From positions 64,001 through 128,000 of IMG/VR virus record IMGVR_UViG_3300032323_001387: a DNA stretch of 64,000 bases; one strand, written 5' to 3'. Under the pieces are notes generated by a model, which was not told the origin of the DNA, made no database searches, and was given only the letters and a program-made list of their open reading frames with translations. This stretch comes from a virus. Each line of letters starts with the position of its first letter. Within the stretch, counting starts at the first letter, position 1. Made by a program: the position numbers and the translations under genes. Shown one piece after another: positions 1 to 11,436 of this stretch.

Positions 1-3000
1 TTATAACTATCAGTTGATCTATTGTACTTTGCAGGATCTACTCGATTGATAACATCGATGTCATTTTTAAATACATCTGGTATATACATCTTCTTTGGAT
101 CAAACAAATCTAGTTTTGCAACTGTTCTGTTTTCTGCATAATCGTATATTATTAAATGTTCAATGTCGCTAGGATCTACTGGGCGGCTTTCTTCTTTAAC
201 TATCGAAGATACTCCATTGCGTACTTCATATACTTTATAGTTACCATAGTCAAACGTGGCTTCTTTATTATTTAGATTTAATCCATCGTCTATAATAGCA
301 ATTGGCCATGTCGGACTATAACCGCTTGGTGTTGCTTCCTTAGTCAATACTGTTTGCCCAATAGCATTTGTGAATGGGTTATACTTTTTCTTCCATGCAT
401 AGCCAAAGTCATCTGCGTTAAGTCCTGTAGCTAAGTTAAAATCTGTATGATTTTTAAATCTAACAGGCTTGAATGTAAATAACTTGCCAGTATAGCAATT
501 AGAACCAATGGTAGCATCAATGAAGAACTGCGTTTCGTTTGCAGGTCCTTCGGCTAATGCTTGTACTTCCCAGATACCATTGATGCTAGAATTTCCCAGG
601 CTTGCGTTAACAACTAATACATAGTCGCCCTTGCTTACCTTATGTGCTTTATTTGTCGTTATTCTTGCTTGACTAGCGTCATCGGGCCCTGGACAAATTT
701 CTAATATACCAAGATCTCTGTCCACAGTCTGCAAGACTTGCCATGTACCCGGTTTAAATATGCTCATACCGCTGTTAGCTAGATCTGGATTGGGTTTATA
801 GTAATTGCCTACAAATATATTAGGTAAGTGCGGTTCGTCAATTTGACTAAACTTATCATTGTTATTAGACCATGTATTTGGACTTACTGTTGTCTTAGCA
901 TAGTATAACTTGCCGTTTATTCTGACTTGATCATATTGCTTGTAACTAGCAGTTTCGTCATATGCAGGAATATTCCATAATTCAGCAAAATTATCGTACA
1001 GGCTCGATAGGTTGTCCAGAGTGTCTATTGATAAGTCAGTGTCGCCGGTGAATAGTGGTCCACCTGTGGCCAAGTCTCTGTATGTTCTATCATAGGTATT
1101 GAATGTTAAATCTTTGTTAAATGGCCTGTGAACCCAACGCTTGCTATTATTTTTAAAATATAAAATACTGTCATTAGTTGTCGGTTCGGCCTTGTCAATG
1201 AACTTAACTACTTGCGATGTCTTAGATGGATGACGGATGTCGCTGGACAGCATTTCAAATTCATAATATTCTATGTTCTTTGTGTTGCCTATTTCACCTA
1301 ATCTAACCATGTACTCTTCATATGGCTTTGATTGTGATTCATCTTTGATCGTTAACGGTGCAAGTTTGTTGAAAACTTCAACTGTGCCTTTAGTATAAGT
1401 AATGGCATTTTTAAATAATGTTTCATTTTCTTCCTGCAGGAATAGTTGACGCAATTCTGGATTTCTATTCAATCCAAATTGAGATCTGCTGGCCTCACTA
1501 ACGGTACGGTCTAATATTACATTTTCAATGTCTAACAAGTTTCTGCCTTGTTCAGCCATAGAGTCATAGTTAGGGATAATACCATTTGATGTAATTACAT
1601 AACCAGGTGCATAATAAGTTCCATCCCAATCTTGACTTTTCTTGCCGCCTATTACGAAACTACGCTTAGTTGTACTTTGCTCAGGTAAGAAATATACATC
1701 ATCGAATACACTAGTAGAATTTAAATGTACCACTGTTTCAAAAGAACTAAACGTTAATTTAATGCCGTAGATTGATCTGTTGGCATCTTTTGTTTTGATA
1801 ACAACAGTGTTGCCATCGCTGAAACGATTAACCAATAGATCTTTACTGAATAAAGGCTTGTTGTATCTATCAACGCATTGACCCACATTTTCATTAGTGC
1901 CTTCTAAGTTGTCTAGATGACCAGCTATGCCTTTAATCACCAATTGGTCAGCACACGGATTCAAATCAATGTAACTACCTGCGGCCAAAGGAGAATTACT
2001 CCAGAATATAAATTGCTTGGCACTTAACTGCCAATCACGAATGTCCCCGGCTTCTGGTTCTTCAAAGACAAATCCAATGCTTTCTAAATATTTTCCATAG
2101 CCTATTAACAAATCAAATATGTCTTGACGACTCTTATAACGTTCTCCATAATTTTGATAATACAGCTCGGTGGTATATGTATTCTTTTGTTTGAAGGTAA
2201 CATCTCCCACTGTTATTGCCGTAGTACTGCTGTTATCAGCTGGAACGAAAGCTGCTATGTAACCATCCTCTGTGGCAAATCCAGTAACTGAATAATATTC
2301 GCCGTCCCATATAATCCTGACACCGCTATAGAATATTTCCTTGTCGGGATAATGATTTATAGTTCTAACGTCATAACTTTCTTCAGGAACAAACAACGTA
2401 ATACGTTGACTATTGACACTGGTACTTTGAATACGGATATTGTCTTTGTTAGTGAATCCATTTAATAAAAATTCTTTTTTAACTTTGATGTTATTGAACT
2501 TGTCAATGACTTCTGCTTTATAATCTTTATTGTTTAGTACACAGAACTCCGAGAACAAGCTCTCTATACCACTAGTATAAACTGTTTCTCCAGCAACTAC
2601 TTTTCTATGATAGTCATGTTCAATGTTACCTTGTTGCCAATACAATGTATTTCGGTCAAGCTTGTTACCCCATTCGTTAACTATTGTCTGTCCTGGTACC
2701 CAATTTGTATTAACATATTGTGCAGGATTACGAAGATACCACATCTTAGTCTTGGCAGCAAGTCCCCATTGTGTATTGTAGAACACATTTTCATATGGGC
2801 CGACTTCTCCCGGTAACCACGAAGCGTTTGCTTCCATGGCAGATAACCACAACCAACTTAGTTGGTCAGGAGGTAATAAATTACCATTACTGTCAATAGG
2901 GAATTCCTGTTCAATACTTAAATCATTGCATCTGGCAAACTTAGGATTTATTATTCTATTAGTTGGCGATCCCACATTACCTGTACGTAATGCTTTTTCT

Positions 3001-6000
3001 AATTGTACTCTTTTTGTAGAATCTGTCCATGAATAATTTGCATCCCACCAACTTGGCTTTAATGTATGACCCAGCATTTCCCACGGATGTGTATGCGGGC
3101 GATCTGTATCAAATAGGAATTGATAAATTAATCTCCATGATCCTGTTACACTATAAACGTCTTCGCCGGTGCCTAGTTTATATATGTACGTGAAACCATT
3201 GGCTGCATCGTAGTCATTATTGGCCATTAAAAATAAATTATTTTGATTTAGCCACTGATTTGCTTCAGTTAACATTATCTGTCTAACCGGGTTAAGACCT
3301 TTTTCAAGCAATCTAAAATAACCAGGGATGCTTTCTATGTAATTTCTAAAATTATTATTTTCTACATCGTATGATATGCTGCTCCACACTGCTAATTCAT
3401 ATTCATAAAGTAACTGGTCAATAGTATCCAATGGATAATACTTGTTGTTACCTAAATCTTCAACTCCAGCTTCTAAATAATATCTAGTACCATCGTGACG
3501 ATACATAAAATATTTTCCAGGAGTGGTTGTGTCTTCATAAATTTCAGGCTGGTATACTGGCGCTAGACCTATTTTAGCCAAGCTGGCTGGTATCTGCGCT
3601 TTGTATCTTCCATACCATTGTTTGATATTAACAATCTCACCAATTAAGTCATCAGATAAAAATTCAACGTGAGTATACTTGTCTATATCGCTTACTAATA
3701 TATAATCGACGCCTCTTTTTAGATAGCGTTTATTATGTGTTAAATGCAAGACATATTCTTTACCAGCACGATGAGAGATGTTTTCAAAATCGCCAGTTAA
3801 GTTAAATGTTAAATCATTACCAATTTCAAAATCTACTTCTCTGTAGTTGTCTAGCTTTTCTCCCCAACCCATCATGTTACTATGAGTCCAGAATGTGTTA
3901 TTGTCAGCAGTTGTTACATAGATTCCAGAAATAGCCATTGTTAGTAAATCATGGCTTGAATATCTAGTTTCGTCGACTGAATTTATTGCCGATTCTAATT
4001 CTACTTTTAGTTTGTTTAAGAAACTGTCATAGTGCTTGCCTTGTCGGATCATTAGATCTCCCAAGTCAAATGGCATGTTAGTAGAAGTAATTGCAAATTT
4101 ACTCAATGGCTCGTTATGCTTTAGTAATGTGCCACCGCCGAGTACTGTTGTCTGCAATAGCGATTCATTGTCAAACGATTCCCTAATATTTGCAGAATTA
4201 GATTTAATACTAGTGGCATGTTGATACAAGCTATAATAATTAATTTCCGACAGCTTTTGATTTAAAGGATTAACTGTCAGGGACATTGGGGCTGTTCTAG
4301 TCGTTGGCCATGTCACTATACTATTGACTACTACTTTGTCGCCGGATTGAATTTTGCTATCTAAGCTATCTGTAGCAATCAATCGTTGATTAGCATCCAA
4401 AGATCCATCTAATAATGTTATATCAGATATTACATATTCATATTCATCGAATATCGGATTTGTCTGATCTTTGGCATATACGTCTTGCAAGAATCTCCAT
4501 TTATTGACAGGCTTAACTATTGCAGTTTTATATGGAGACGTAGCAAACGTCCACATTAGTCTCGTATTGGTAACAAACAATTCGTTATCGATATATGACG
4601 ATCCTATTAATATGCTATCAGACAAGTCTAACTCTATAATACCATTTGATATTCCGTTATTAACACAGTAAGGTGCTTCTAATAGCACCGGAGTTGTAAT
4701 GTTGTCAACTATTGACGTCTTAAAGAATGTGACAGGACCCGGTAAGTCGTGACATACTATTCTAACTGTCCCGCCAGATACCAATGGTATAAACGATTCA
4801 AATGAGTTATATCCTTTTTTACTCGAAAATTCTATTAATCCGTAGCCATTGACATCGAAATAAAATCTTAAAATCTTTTTGGTATCGTAATACGCATGTA
4901 TTGTAGTGAAACCCGTTGCTATAGGACTTACTAGACCAGACCACGGTTCTTCAGCTAAACTTTCAAATTGTAAATCCTGTGATTGTTTAGTAAAGTTTAA
5001 TCCTTTTCTATTTTGATAAAAAGGCACTACTCTATTAAAGAAATTATAGCCATAAGGGCCGGATAATGTAATATTTTCGCCTGTGATTGCATCGTTATAG
5101 GAATACGATGCGTCAACGTCTGTTATAAATTTTAGCTGATTAGGACTCACTGCACTAGGATTATTTTCATCGATTAAATCAAAATCAATATTACTTACTT
5201 TGATATTTTTAGCAAGTATATTATCATATGTCGGACCATTTTGGAAACCCAAGATAGTTCCGCCAGCAAATTGAGTTTCATTCAAATCTTCTAAATTAAC
5301 GCCATCGCTTTTATAGAATTCAAATAATACGTTTTGATTAGGTGTTGTTTTATTCTGAGCTAAACTCCATTTATTGTTTTTGTATATAACTTTATGATAA
5401 CGCAAATCTGAATTAGCAACAATAAGTGCTCCGTCATTCTCGTTGATAGTAACGTTGATTTGCGTGAATACTATCCCAGTGCCTACGCCAGATACTCTGT
5501 GTACTCCTGGTGTATCTTCAAATACAATAAGGTCATTGTTCTGTATTGTATAACCAGAACTATCTTTTAATGTTGTTCTAGTTGGACTTTGATATACGGT
5601 TTTTGTATATGGTAAAATACTTTTAATCTCTGCTTTTGTTGCGCTAGGCCAATTGTATATTTTTACTCCTCTGATAAAAGTAATAATAGGACGTTTAGCT
5701 TTATTTTGTGCCGTAACGAATTCTTCTAGACTTACGCCTAAAAATTTAGCAACAGCTTTAATAGTATTAATATGATACCAGTGATCTATTACTTGCCAAT
5801 GATTAGGTTGAATAGTTTTTTCCTGTGTTATGTATTCAGGCTCGCTGGTAACAATCATGCTACCGTCCCAGGTTTCGCTGTCCCATTTAATAGCAGGTGG
5901 GTCATCAAACTCGCTGGTCTTATCCCATGGACGTTTTTTGAGCCAACTATCCGGAATTCGTTTGTCTATAGCAGTTGCAGGTAATAATGCTATACCATCA

Positions 6001-6671
6001 CCTACACCATATACGTAATATAACTCAGGATTGTTTTCATCTTCTGTCTTATATGCAGCATCAACATTTCCTGTAAAATAAACAGTCATGCCATTTTGCA
6101 GTTCTAATGTTTGACCTGTCAAATCATCTATAATCTCAGCAAAAGGTCTTCCAACTATTTCAGTAGCAATACTATATTTGTTAGTATTATTTGGACCCGG
6201 ATTAGCGTGTATCCGGCATGCTGGCATGTCGTTAGCGATCCAGTAAAATAAGTTATAATCGGTCAGACGTACAGGATTGATTGGCAATTCTAATACATTA
6301 ATGTCTTTATCAAGCATAACTCCGTCTTTTAAAGGAGAACCTTTAATAGTTAAGTAATTTTCTATATCAATGTAAGAACTTTTGCCCAAGTAAGTGTCAC
6401 TTGAATCAGAGATCACTAGCATATTATTTGCTTGACTCTCTCGACGAACCTCGTTGCTTTCAACTTTTAAGAACTCTTCTGGCCTATTACTTGCAGATCG
6501 TAAGCCATATGTTTCTTTAAAAGGCAATAACTGTCCTTTACTGGTCATTACGTCCAGCGTAGAGTCTAACATTTTTTTGTTAGGTTCTGTGCTTAAAACG
6601 CTAGGCAGTAATTTATAGTTACTAACTTTTTGTGCTAGTTGTTGATTTGGTTTTTTACTTTGTCTGCTCAT
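1..6671 (-). CDS. Giant baseplate wedge / structural protein (T4 gp7-like position), 3' end outside the window, >2200 aa
   Basis: Not in the ORF track because it has no stop in the window. ATG at 6671 overlaps the TGA of the gp6-like gene and reads MSRQSKKPNQQLAQKVSNYKLLPSVLSTEPNKKMLDSTLDVMTSKG. The same frame is still open at the window edge (...DVINRVDPAKYNRSTDSY). No stop-terminated minus-strand ORF is listed in 1-6667, consistent with one continuous frame. Product inferred from synteny after gp25 and gp6. Confidence 0.8.
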   Translation of the reverse strand, partial: MSRQSKKPNQQLAQKVSNYKLLPSVLSTEPNKKMLDSTLDVMTSKGQLLPFKETYGLRSASNRPEEFLKVESNEVRRESQANNMLVISDSSDTYLGKSSYIDIENYLTIKGSPLKDGVMLDKDINVLELPINPVRLTDYNLFYWIANDMPACRIHANPGPNNTNKYSIATEIVGRPFAEIIDDLTGQTLELQNGMTVYFTGNVDAAYKTEDENNPELYYVYGVGDGIALLPATAIDKRIPDSWLKKRPWDKTSEFDDPPAIKWDSETWDGSMIVTSEPEYITQEKTIQPNHWQVIDHWYHINTIKAVAKFLGVSLEEFVTAQNKAKRPIITFIRGVKIYNWPSATKAEIKSILPYTKTVYQSPTRTTLKDSSGYTIQNNDLIVFEDTPGVHRVSGVGTGIVFTQINVTINENDGALIVANSDLRYHKVIYKNNKWSLAQNKTTPNQNVLFEFYKSDGVNLEDLNETQFAGGTILGFQNGPTYDNILAKNIKVSNIDFDLIDENNPSAVSPNQLKFITDVDASYSYNDAITGENITLSGPYGYNFFNRVVPFYQNRKGLNFTKQSQDLQFESLAEEPWSGLVSPIATGFTTIHAYYDTKKILRFYFDVNGYGLIEFSSKKGYNSFESFIPLVSGGTVRIVCHDLPGPVTFFKTSIVDNITTPVLLEAPYCVNNGISNGIIELDLSDSILIGSSYIDNELFVTNTRLMWTFATSPYKTAIVKPVNKWRFLQDVYAKDQTNPIFDEYEYVISDITLLDGSLDANQRLIATDSLDSKIQSGDKVVVNSIVTWPTTRTAPMSLTVNPLNQKLSEINYYSLYQHATSIKSNSANIRESFDNESLLQTTVLGGGTLLKHNEPLSKFAITSTNMPFDLGDLMIRQGKHYDSFLNKLKVELESAINSVDETRYSSHDLLTMAISGIYVTTADNNTFWTHSNMMGWGEKLDNYREVDFEIGNDLTFNLTGDFENISHRAGKEYVLHLTHNKRYLKRGVDYILVSDIDKYTHVEFLSDDLIGEIVNIKQWYGRYKAQIPASLAKIGLAPVYQPEIYEDTTTPGKYFMYRHDGTRYYLEAGVEDLGNNKYYPLDTIDQLLYEYELAVWSSISYDVENNNFRNYIESIPGYFRLLEKGLNPVRQIMLTEANQWLNQNNLFLMANNDYDAANGFTYIYKLGTGEDVYSVTGSWRLIYQFLFDTDRPHTHPWEMLGHTLKPSWWDANYSWTDSTKRVQLEKALRTGNVGSPTNRIINPKFARCNDLSIEQEFPIDSNGNLLPPDQLSWLWLSAMEANASWLPGEVGPYENVFYNTQWGLAAKTKMWYLRNPAQYVNTNWVPGQTIVNEWGNKLDRNTLYWQQGNIEHDYHRKVVAGETVYTSGIESLFSEFCVLNNKDYKAEVIDKFNNIKVKKEFLLNGFTNKDNIRIQSTSVNSQRITLFVPEESYDVRTINHYPDKEIFYSGVRIIWDGEYYSVTGFATEDGYIAAFVPADNSSTTAITVGDVTFKQKNTYTTELYYQNYGERYKSRQDIFDLLIGYGKYLESIGFVFEEPEAGDIRDWQLSAKQFIFWSNSPLAAGSYIDLNPCADQLVIKGIAGHLDNLEGTNENVGQCVDRYNKPLFSKDLLVNRFSDGNTVVIKTKDANRSIYGIKLTFSSFETVVHLNSTSVFDDVYFLPEQSTTKRSFVIGGKKSQDWDGTYYAPGYVITSNGIIPNYDSMAEQGRNLLDIENVILDRTVSEASRSQFGLNRNPELRQLFLQEENETLFKNAITYTKGTVEVFNKLAPLTIKDESQSKPYEEYMVRLGEIGNTKNIEYYEFEMLSSDIRHPSKTSQVVKFIDKAEPTTNDSILYFKNNSKRWVHRPFNKDLTFNTYDRTYRDLATGGPLFTGDTDLSIDTLDNLSSLYDNFAELWNIPAYDETASYKQYDQVRINGKLYYAKTTVSPNTWSNNNDKFSQIDEPHLPNIFVGNYYKPNPDLANSGMSIFKPGTWQVLQTVDRDLGILEICPGPDDASQARITTNKAHKVSKGDYVLVVNASLGNSSINGIWEVQALAEGPANETQFFIDATIGSNCYTGKLFTFKPVRFKNHTDFNLATGLNADDFGYAWKKKYNPFTNAIGQTVLTKEATPSGYSPTWPIAIIDDGLNLNNKEATFDYGNYKVYEVRNGVSSIVKEESRPVDPSDIEHLIIYDYAENRTVAKLDLFDPKKMYIPDVFKNDIDVINRVDPAKYNRSTDSY

Positions 6672-9600
6672 CGACCGATCCTAATGTTGCTGTCAGTGAT
6701 TTCTGAAATAACTATAATGTCATTTACATTTGCTACGCTAGTAACAACTTCATTCCTATCTGGTTGAATTTGGAATAGCGTACCGAATTTACTTTCCTGA
6801 TTTAATGGAACAATTACCACACTGCTTAAATCTGTACTTAAACTTGTATGTATGTATGCTGCCAATTCTGTGAAATAAAATGTTTCCCCAAAGCTAAAAT
6901 TGCCCGGAGTAAAAAAGGTATCAACTGCGGCAATTACTTTGCTTTTTATTTCGCTGTCTGTTAATTTACTTTTTATATTTTTAACCACTTTGAATTGTGC
7001 TTGAAATTCCTTGTCTGACAAATTGCCAAATAAAGGTTTGTATTTTACCGGATGAAATATAATCTCATCAGTCATCATCTTATAACTTAGTAAACCAGAA
7101 AAACTATTTCTTAATTCTTCTGATGTTTGCGGTAAGGGTGCGAGTACATTAGTATCAGCAGCTCTTTTCCATGATGTGTAATCATCATTATATGTCTTAG
7201 TTAACACATAGACGTCAATGATGTTTGTTAGACTCGGATCCAGTGACTGGTCTATTTCTACCGAGTGTTCCCATTTAAACGGAACGGAGTTAATGCCCGG
7301 AACTACTTTTACTACACTTTCTGGTGTCGATACTTCTACCGGTACAAGATAACTAAAATCGCCTTCTTCGTAGTTAACTAAATTTAATCTGCTATCACGT
7401 ACTAGCGAAATAAAGTGTTCAGGATCGTCGGGTAAAAAGTCATTGTCTATGTCCAATGGGGTAACTTTAACTTTACTGTTATCAGTGTATCCATCATCAT
7501 AAACATAGTAACCGCTGATCTTATAAGATTTAGATTCTTGTATTTTATTATTGGCGCCCATTTGTAACAGACTAATAGTATCTTTACTTAATGATGGGAA
7601 ACTAGGATTGAACGTAGGACTCCAGTTAATGTTATAGAATCTAATAAGCTCATCGCTGCCGAAGATATAGTCAAGCTGTCGAATAGTAATCTTCCAGCCT
7701 TGACCATCTCTTATACATGCAATCAACCATTCATTATTATCACTTGTTCTATTCCAAGTTGATTCAACGTCGACAAGACTGTTGATCACTATCCATCTAG
7801 GAGTAAGGTTATCAAATTTCAATGCAAAATTTTCTTTTGCATTTAATTTATCGATAATTGTAGCTCTAGTTAAATCATCAAAAACTCGTGTAAATGGAGG
7901 CAATATTTCTTTGATTAAATCCAAAGACGTTATAGATTTACTGATCTCAACAGTACCCATACCGTTTACCAGTAAACCAGTATAAACGTAATCAATGTTT
8001 TCAATACCAAGACCATCACCTTTAATATCATATACGTTGGCCCAGCGATTAACTCCTTCCGGTGTTTGCAATCTCAATACAGAACCTGGTCTCAACGAAC
8101 GCAATTCAGCGCCAGTGGTAAAGCCCAACTTAACAGGAGTAGCGTTACCGTTAGATTCCGAAATATAACCATTGCTGCTATTGGCATCATTATATGCAAC
8201 TCTCCAGCGGTAGTCCAACACTTTATAAACTTTAGAGCCAGCGGTATGGCTTGCGGCTGCTGTTCCTTGTGCGGCTCTTTGAACACCAATGAAGGTCGAA
8301 TTTTGACTATTTTGCTGTAACTCTCTGTAAGTGAACAATTCATCATCGATCATTAACATGCCGCCATCGATGTCAAAGTTATCGTATGGGTCTGTTGTGT
8401 TTGTATGATCAACTACCATTGAACTGAAAATATCATTTACACCGATTGCATTAGTCAACGTTGTATAGTAAATTGTTTTTCCAATATTAACTGTCGGAAA
8501 ATAATTTAATGCGGCATTGCCTGTTACGTTGGTTAAATTTAATTTACCATAATAAAAATTCAATAGGCCAACGTTGCTTAATTTACTTTCGATATATTCA
8601 TCTAATAAATCAACTGTGCGCCTTGTAATGTCATCTGGAACAACTGTGTTCTTAACAGATTCTTCTCTGTACAAATAACCATCATCGGCAAATTCTATCA
8701 ATGGACGATTCTTACCTGTAGGATCTTTTAAATCAACATAACGACTGTGGCCACTGAATGTTCTATTTTCTGCCTTAAGAACTAATACGTCATTGTTTAG
8801 CGTTGGCAGGAATCCGTTGTAATCATCTGCGGTAACCATTCTATTTTTGCTATAGAATGCTTCTGGTGCATTACGTTTAATTTCGTCAACTGTTTCAGAT
8901 GGCAAGCCAGTGACCATATTGTCTTGCAATTCCATTGTCAGTGACAATGTATGTGTTTGATTATCGGCGTTGCGATAGCTGATATCAAAAGTAACGTTCG
9001 TAATTTCTCCAGACTTGACTCTAATAAAATTATTCTCTGCGGTTCTATACCAGACGCGAATATTACCAGTAGGAACATTAGTAAACGTTCCGTCACCAAA
9101 CTTGATGCTAGTTATGTCAGCATCACTGTACAATACTTCGTAGAGATCTTTATTTGCTGCGCCGTATTCATTGACAACAATGTTACTAAAGTCTAAATTG
9201 CTTACACGAGTCCATGTCTTAATAACAGATCCGTTTTCGTCTATTGTTTGTACGTGGAAATCTTCTTCACTGATATTATCAGTCATTGGAATATCAATGA
9301 CTGCATTGGCTGTTGGACTTAATAGAGTTTGTACTGTATTAGCAATATAACCTTGTTTGGCTAAAAAGAAAAAACCCGTTTTTGTGCTGCCAACACCTTT
9401 ACCGTCATTACGATACAACACACTAAATGCTGTATTGTAATCCGGCTCTACTTGTGAAATAATTCCCAAAGTGTTAATATCAACCGGTACCAAATCAAAA
9501 TTCAAACTGTATCCATCTACTACAGCGCGAACCGGGAAGTTAACAATAGAATTTGTATTGTTAAAATTATATACTTCGTAGACTGTGCTGTTTATGCTAT

Positions 9601-10135
9601 TTGTTGTTCGCTTAACTGGATTACCGAATTTGTTGTTGTCGCCAAAGGCTGCATTCATGACTCTGATGAATCGTTCGTATTCTAATTCGCTGGGATCGCT
9701 GCCCCATTGAATAGTTTTATTAGATAAGTTTACACCGGTGCTATCAAGAATCTGATCACTGCTTACTGCACTTACTACTTTCATAAATCCCTGTGCAGGA
9801 CGAACACGTTTTGGTTTGTATGAAAGCATACGTGCAATACGTAACACACTTTCACGTTTTTCTGCTGTGTCTAAAATATTTTCTCTAGCATTCAAATCCA
9901 TACGGAATGCCAAGTTCTGCCCTACATATGCAACTAAATCTAGTAACGCAATGAATTCACTGTTTTGGATGTAATCGTTAAATTCCTCAGGATAGTTAGT
10001 TTGCATGTAATTAACCATGCTTTGACGCAGTGTGTCAAAGTCATAGCTAATGAATTCGGCATTTTTAAAGCTGGAATAAACTATACTCCAATCTTCTGCT
10101 CCATATAAATTTTCTTGTCTAATTGCTTTTGGCAT
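6668..10135 (-). CDS. Baseplate wedge subunit, T4 gp6-like (1155 aa)
   Basis: N-terminal YDFDTLRQSMVNY...SEFIALLDLVAYVGQNLAFRMDLNARENILDTAEKRESVLRIARMLSYKP, plus IKFGDG and NRMVTADDY, are typical gp6/baseplate-J-like motifs; follows a gp25-like gene. Confidence 0.88.
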   Translation of the reverse strand: MPKAIRQENLYGAEDWSIVYSSFKNAEFISYDFDTLRQSMVNYMQTNYPEEFNDYIQNSEFIALLDLVAYVGQNLAFRMDLNARENILDTAEKRESVLRIARMLSYKPKRVRPAQGFMKVVSAVSSDQILDSTGVNLSNKTIQWGSDPSELEYERFIRVMNAAFGDNNKFGNPVKRTTNSINSTVYEVYNFNNTNSIVNFPVRAVVDGYSLNFDLVPVDINTLGIISQVEPDYNTAFSVLYRNDGKGVGSTKTGFFFLAKQGYIANTVQTLLSPTANAVIDIPMTDNISEEDFHVQTIDENGSVIKTWTRVSNLDFSNIVVNEYGAANKDLYEVLYSDADITSIKFGDGTFTNVPTGNIRVWYRTAENNFIRVKSGEITNVTFDISYRNADNQTHTLSLTMELQDNMVTGLPSETVDEIKRNAPEAFYSKNRMVTADDYNGFLPTLNNDVLVLKAENRTFSGHSRYVDLKDPTGKNRPLIEFADDGYLYREESVKNTVVPDDITRRTVDLLDEYIESKLSNVGLLNFYYGKLNLTNVTGNAALNYFPTVNIGKTIYYTTLTNAIGVNDIFSSMVVDHTNTTDPYDNFDIDGGMLMIDDELFTYRELQQNSQNSTFIGVQRAAQGTAAASHTAGSKVYKVLDYRWRVAYNDANSSNGYISESNGNATPVKLGFTTGAELRSLRPGSVLRLQTPEGVNRWANVYDIKGDGLGIENIDYVYTGLLVNGMGTVEISKSITSLDLIKEILPPFTRVFDDLTRATIIDKLNAKENFALKFDNLTPRWIVINSLVDVESTWNRTSDNNEWLIACIRDGQGWKITIRQLDYIFGSDELIRFYNINWSPTFNPSFPSLSKDTISLLQMGANNKIQESKSYKISGYYVYDDGYTDNSKVKVTPLDIDNDFLPDDPEHFISLVRDSRLNLVNYEEGDFSYLVPVEVSTPESVVKVVPGINSVPFKWEHSVEIDQSLDPSLTNIIDVYVLTKTYNDDYTSWKRAADTNVLAPLPQTSEELRNSFSGLLSYKMMTDEIIFHPVKYKPLFGNLSDKEFQAQFKVVKNIKSKLTDSEIKSKVIAAVDTFFTPGNFSFGETFYFTELAAYIHTSLSTDLSSVVIVPLNQESKFGTLFQIQPDRNEVVTSVANVNDIIVISEITDSNIRIGR

Positions 10136-10140
10136 TACTC

Positions 10141-10527
10141 TTATCCTTGTAGTCTGCTTACTGCGGTATCTCGATTAAATGTAGCAACAAGCTCTGTTAA
10201 TGTTGCTGTAGGAACATAGTTCAGTATAATCGCTACTGTGATGATCTGGGAGTCTGTATCTTCCCTTACATCTAATTGTTTTAATTCTAGTCTAGGGTCT
10301 TTAGTCAGTATTCGTTGCATGTCTTCTTCTATCAGTCGAACGGTTTCGTCGGTTATAGGATCAAACAACAGATCCCATACTATACTACCAAAATCTGGAC
10401 TCATGATTCGTTCGCCTTTTCGAGTGTATAACTCGTTCAAAAGGTCGCGTTTAGCAAGTTCAATGTCATATAACTTGAAGTTGCCCCATTGTTTATCTAC
10501 TGTACTAAAGCCTTTAAATTTACGCAT
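10141..10527 (-). CDS. Baseplate wedge subunit, T4 gp25-like
   Basis: DIELAKRDLLNELYTRKGERIMSPDFGSIVWDLLFDP...DPRL is the gp25/GPW signature. Start moved from 10674 to ATG 10527 (MRKFKGFST), 5 nt after a TAAATA late promoter core; ATG 10533 is an alternative. Confidence 0.88.
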   Translation of the reverse strand: MRKFKGFSTVDKQWGNFKLYDIELAKRDLLNELYTRKGERIMSPDFGSIVWDLLFDPITDETVRLIEEDMQRILTKDPRLELKQLDVREDTDSQIITVAIILNYVPTATLTELVATFNRDTAVSRLQG

Positions 10528-10576
10528 ACTCATATTTATTATAAAATAATATAAGTAGTTAACGATAGGACGCACT

Positions 10577-10795
10577 ATGAACAAAAATGATTGGCAAAAA
10601 AGAAATATACCTGACACTGTTAATATTATCTGCGAAAACAATAACAAAGCAATGACTGCCAATGTCATTGACATGAATGATAGATTATTAATCGCAGCGA
10701 TACAAGGGGTAAAAATTACCCTTATCAGTCAACACGAAAACGGCATTTATGCCGGCAAGATGGGCGGCTTAGATCTAATTTACAAGTCAAAATAA
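10577..10795 (+). CDS. Hypothetical protein (72 aa)
   Basis: AGGA RBS upstream; followed by a terminator hairpin. Confidence 0.6.
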   Translation: MNKNDWQKRNIPDTVNIICENNNKAMTANVIDMNDRLLIAAIQGVKITLISQHENGIYAGKMGGLDLIYKSK

Positions 10796-10820
10796 AAGGG
10801 GCTCTGGGCCCCTTTTATTT
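10790..10820. terminator. Bidirectional intrinsic terminator
   Basis: AAATAAAAGGGGC-TCTGG-GCCCCTTTTATTT inverted repeat between convergent genes. Confidence 0.85.
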
Positions 10821-10826
10821 CATTGC

Positions 10827-11357
10827 CTACTTAGGCACATCGCTGTAGCCTAAATATTCTCCCCAAGCAGGATCTCTCATTGAGTATGGGATCACCATTT
10901 TAGCAGCCTTGACCATTTGCCAATAATTAGGTTCTTTGGGCACTGTCAGTGGCTCGATTACTTTGGCGCCTTTAAGCCAATTGCAAGTCCCACAACAAGT
11001 TACCAAGTTACTCCAAGTGCTACCACCTCCTCGGCTTTTTGGTTTGACATGGTCCAAGGTTAAGTCTTTGGCTTGGAACTGTTCGCCGCAATACTGGCAA
11101 GTATAGTTGTCACGCAAATAAACCATTTTACGATTAAACAACACACGCTGACGGGGTCTAACATAACGCCTAGTCATAACGATACTAGGAACTTTTAGCT
11201 CCAAATGTTGGCTATGAATCGTCCAGTCGTCGTACTCTTTAATTACCATCACTTTGTTTAAGTAAAGCAATTTGACTGCCATTTGCCAGTCAATGACGCT
11301 GGGAGGTAACATACTCAATGGAGTACCGTCGTGGTTTAAAACTAATGTATCGCTCAT
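10827..11357 (-). CDS. HNH endonuclease (McrA-like, CxxC...DHxxP...N...CxxCN)
   Basis: RDNYTCQYCG...LTLDHVKPKSRGGGSTWSNLVTCCGTCNWLKG. Start taken at MSDTLVLN (11357), downstream of a consensus sigma70 promoter. Confidence 0.88.
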   Translation of the reverse strand: MSDTLVLNHDGTPLSMLPPSVIDWQMAVKLLYLNKVMVIKEYDDWTIHSQHLELKVPSIVMTRRYVRPRQRVLFNRKMVYLRDNYTCQYCGEQFQAKDLTLDHVKPKSRGGGSTWSNLVTCCGTCNWLKGAKVIEPLTVPKEPNYWQMVKAAKMVIPYSMRDPAWGEYLGYSDVPK

Positions 11358-11407
11358 TTTATTAAAATTTATTTTGGTATGAAATAGCATTGACGCTATC
11401 AAAAATA

Positions 11408-11436
11408 ATTATACAACATTAAATATATTGTGTCAA
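11408..11436 (-). promoter_or_regulatory. Sigma70-type early promoter for the HNH gene
   Basis: TTGACA (11436-11431), 17 bp spacer, TATAAT (11413-11408): perfect consensus. Confidence 0.8.

Noticed and set aside
2607-9196. Short plus-strand ORFs opposite the baseplate genes, and similar antisense ORFs elsewhere
   Set aside because: Shadow ORFs antisense to long, recognisable genes, without RBS or motifs.
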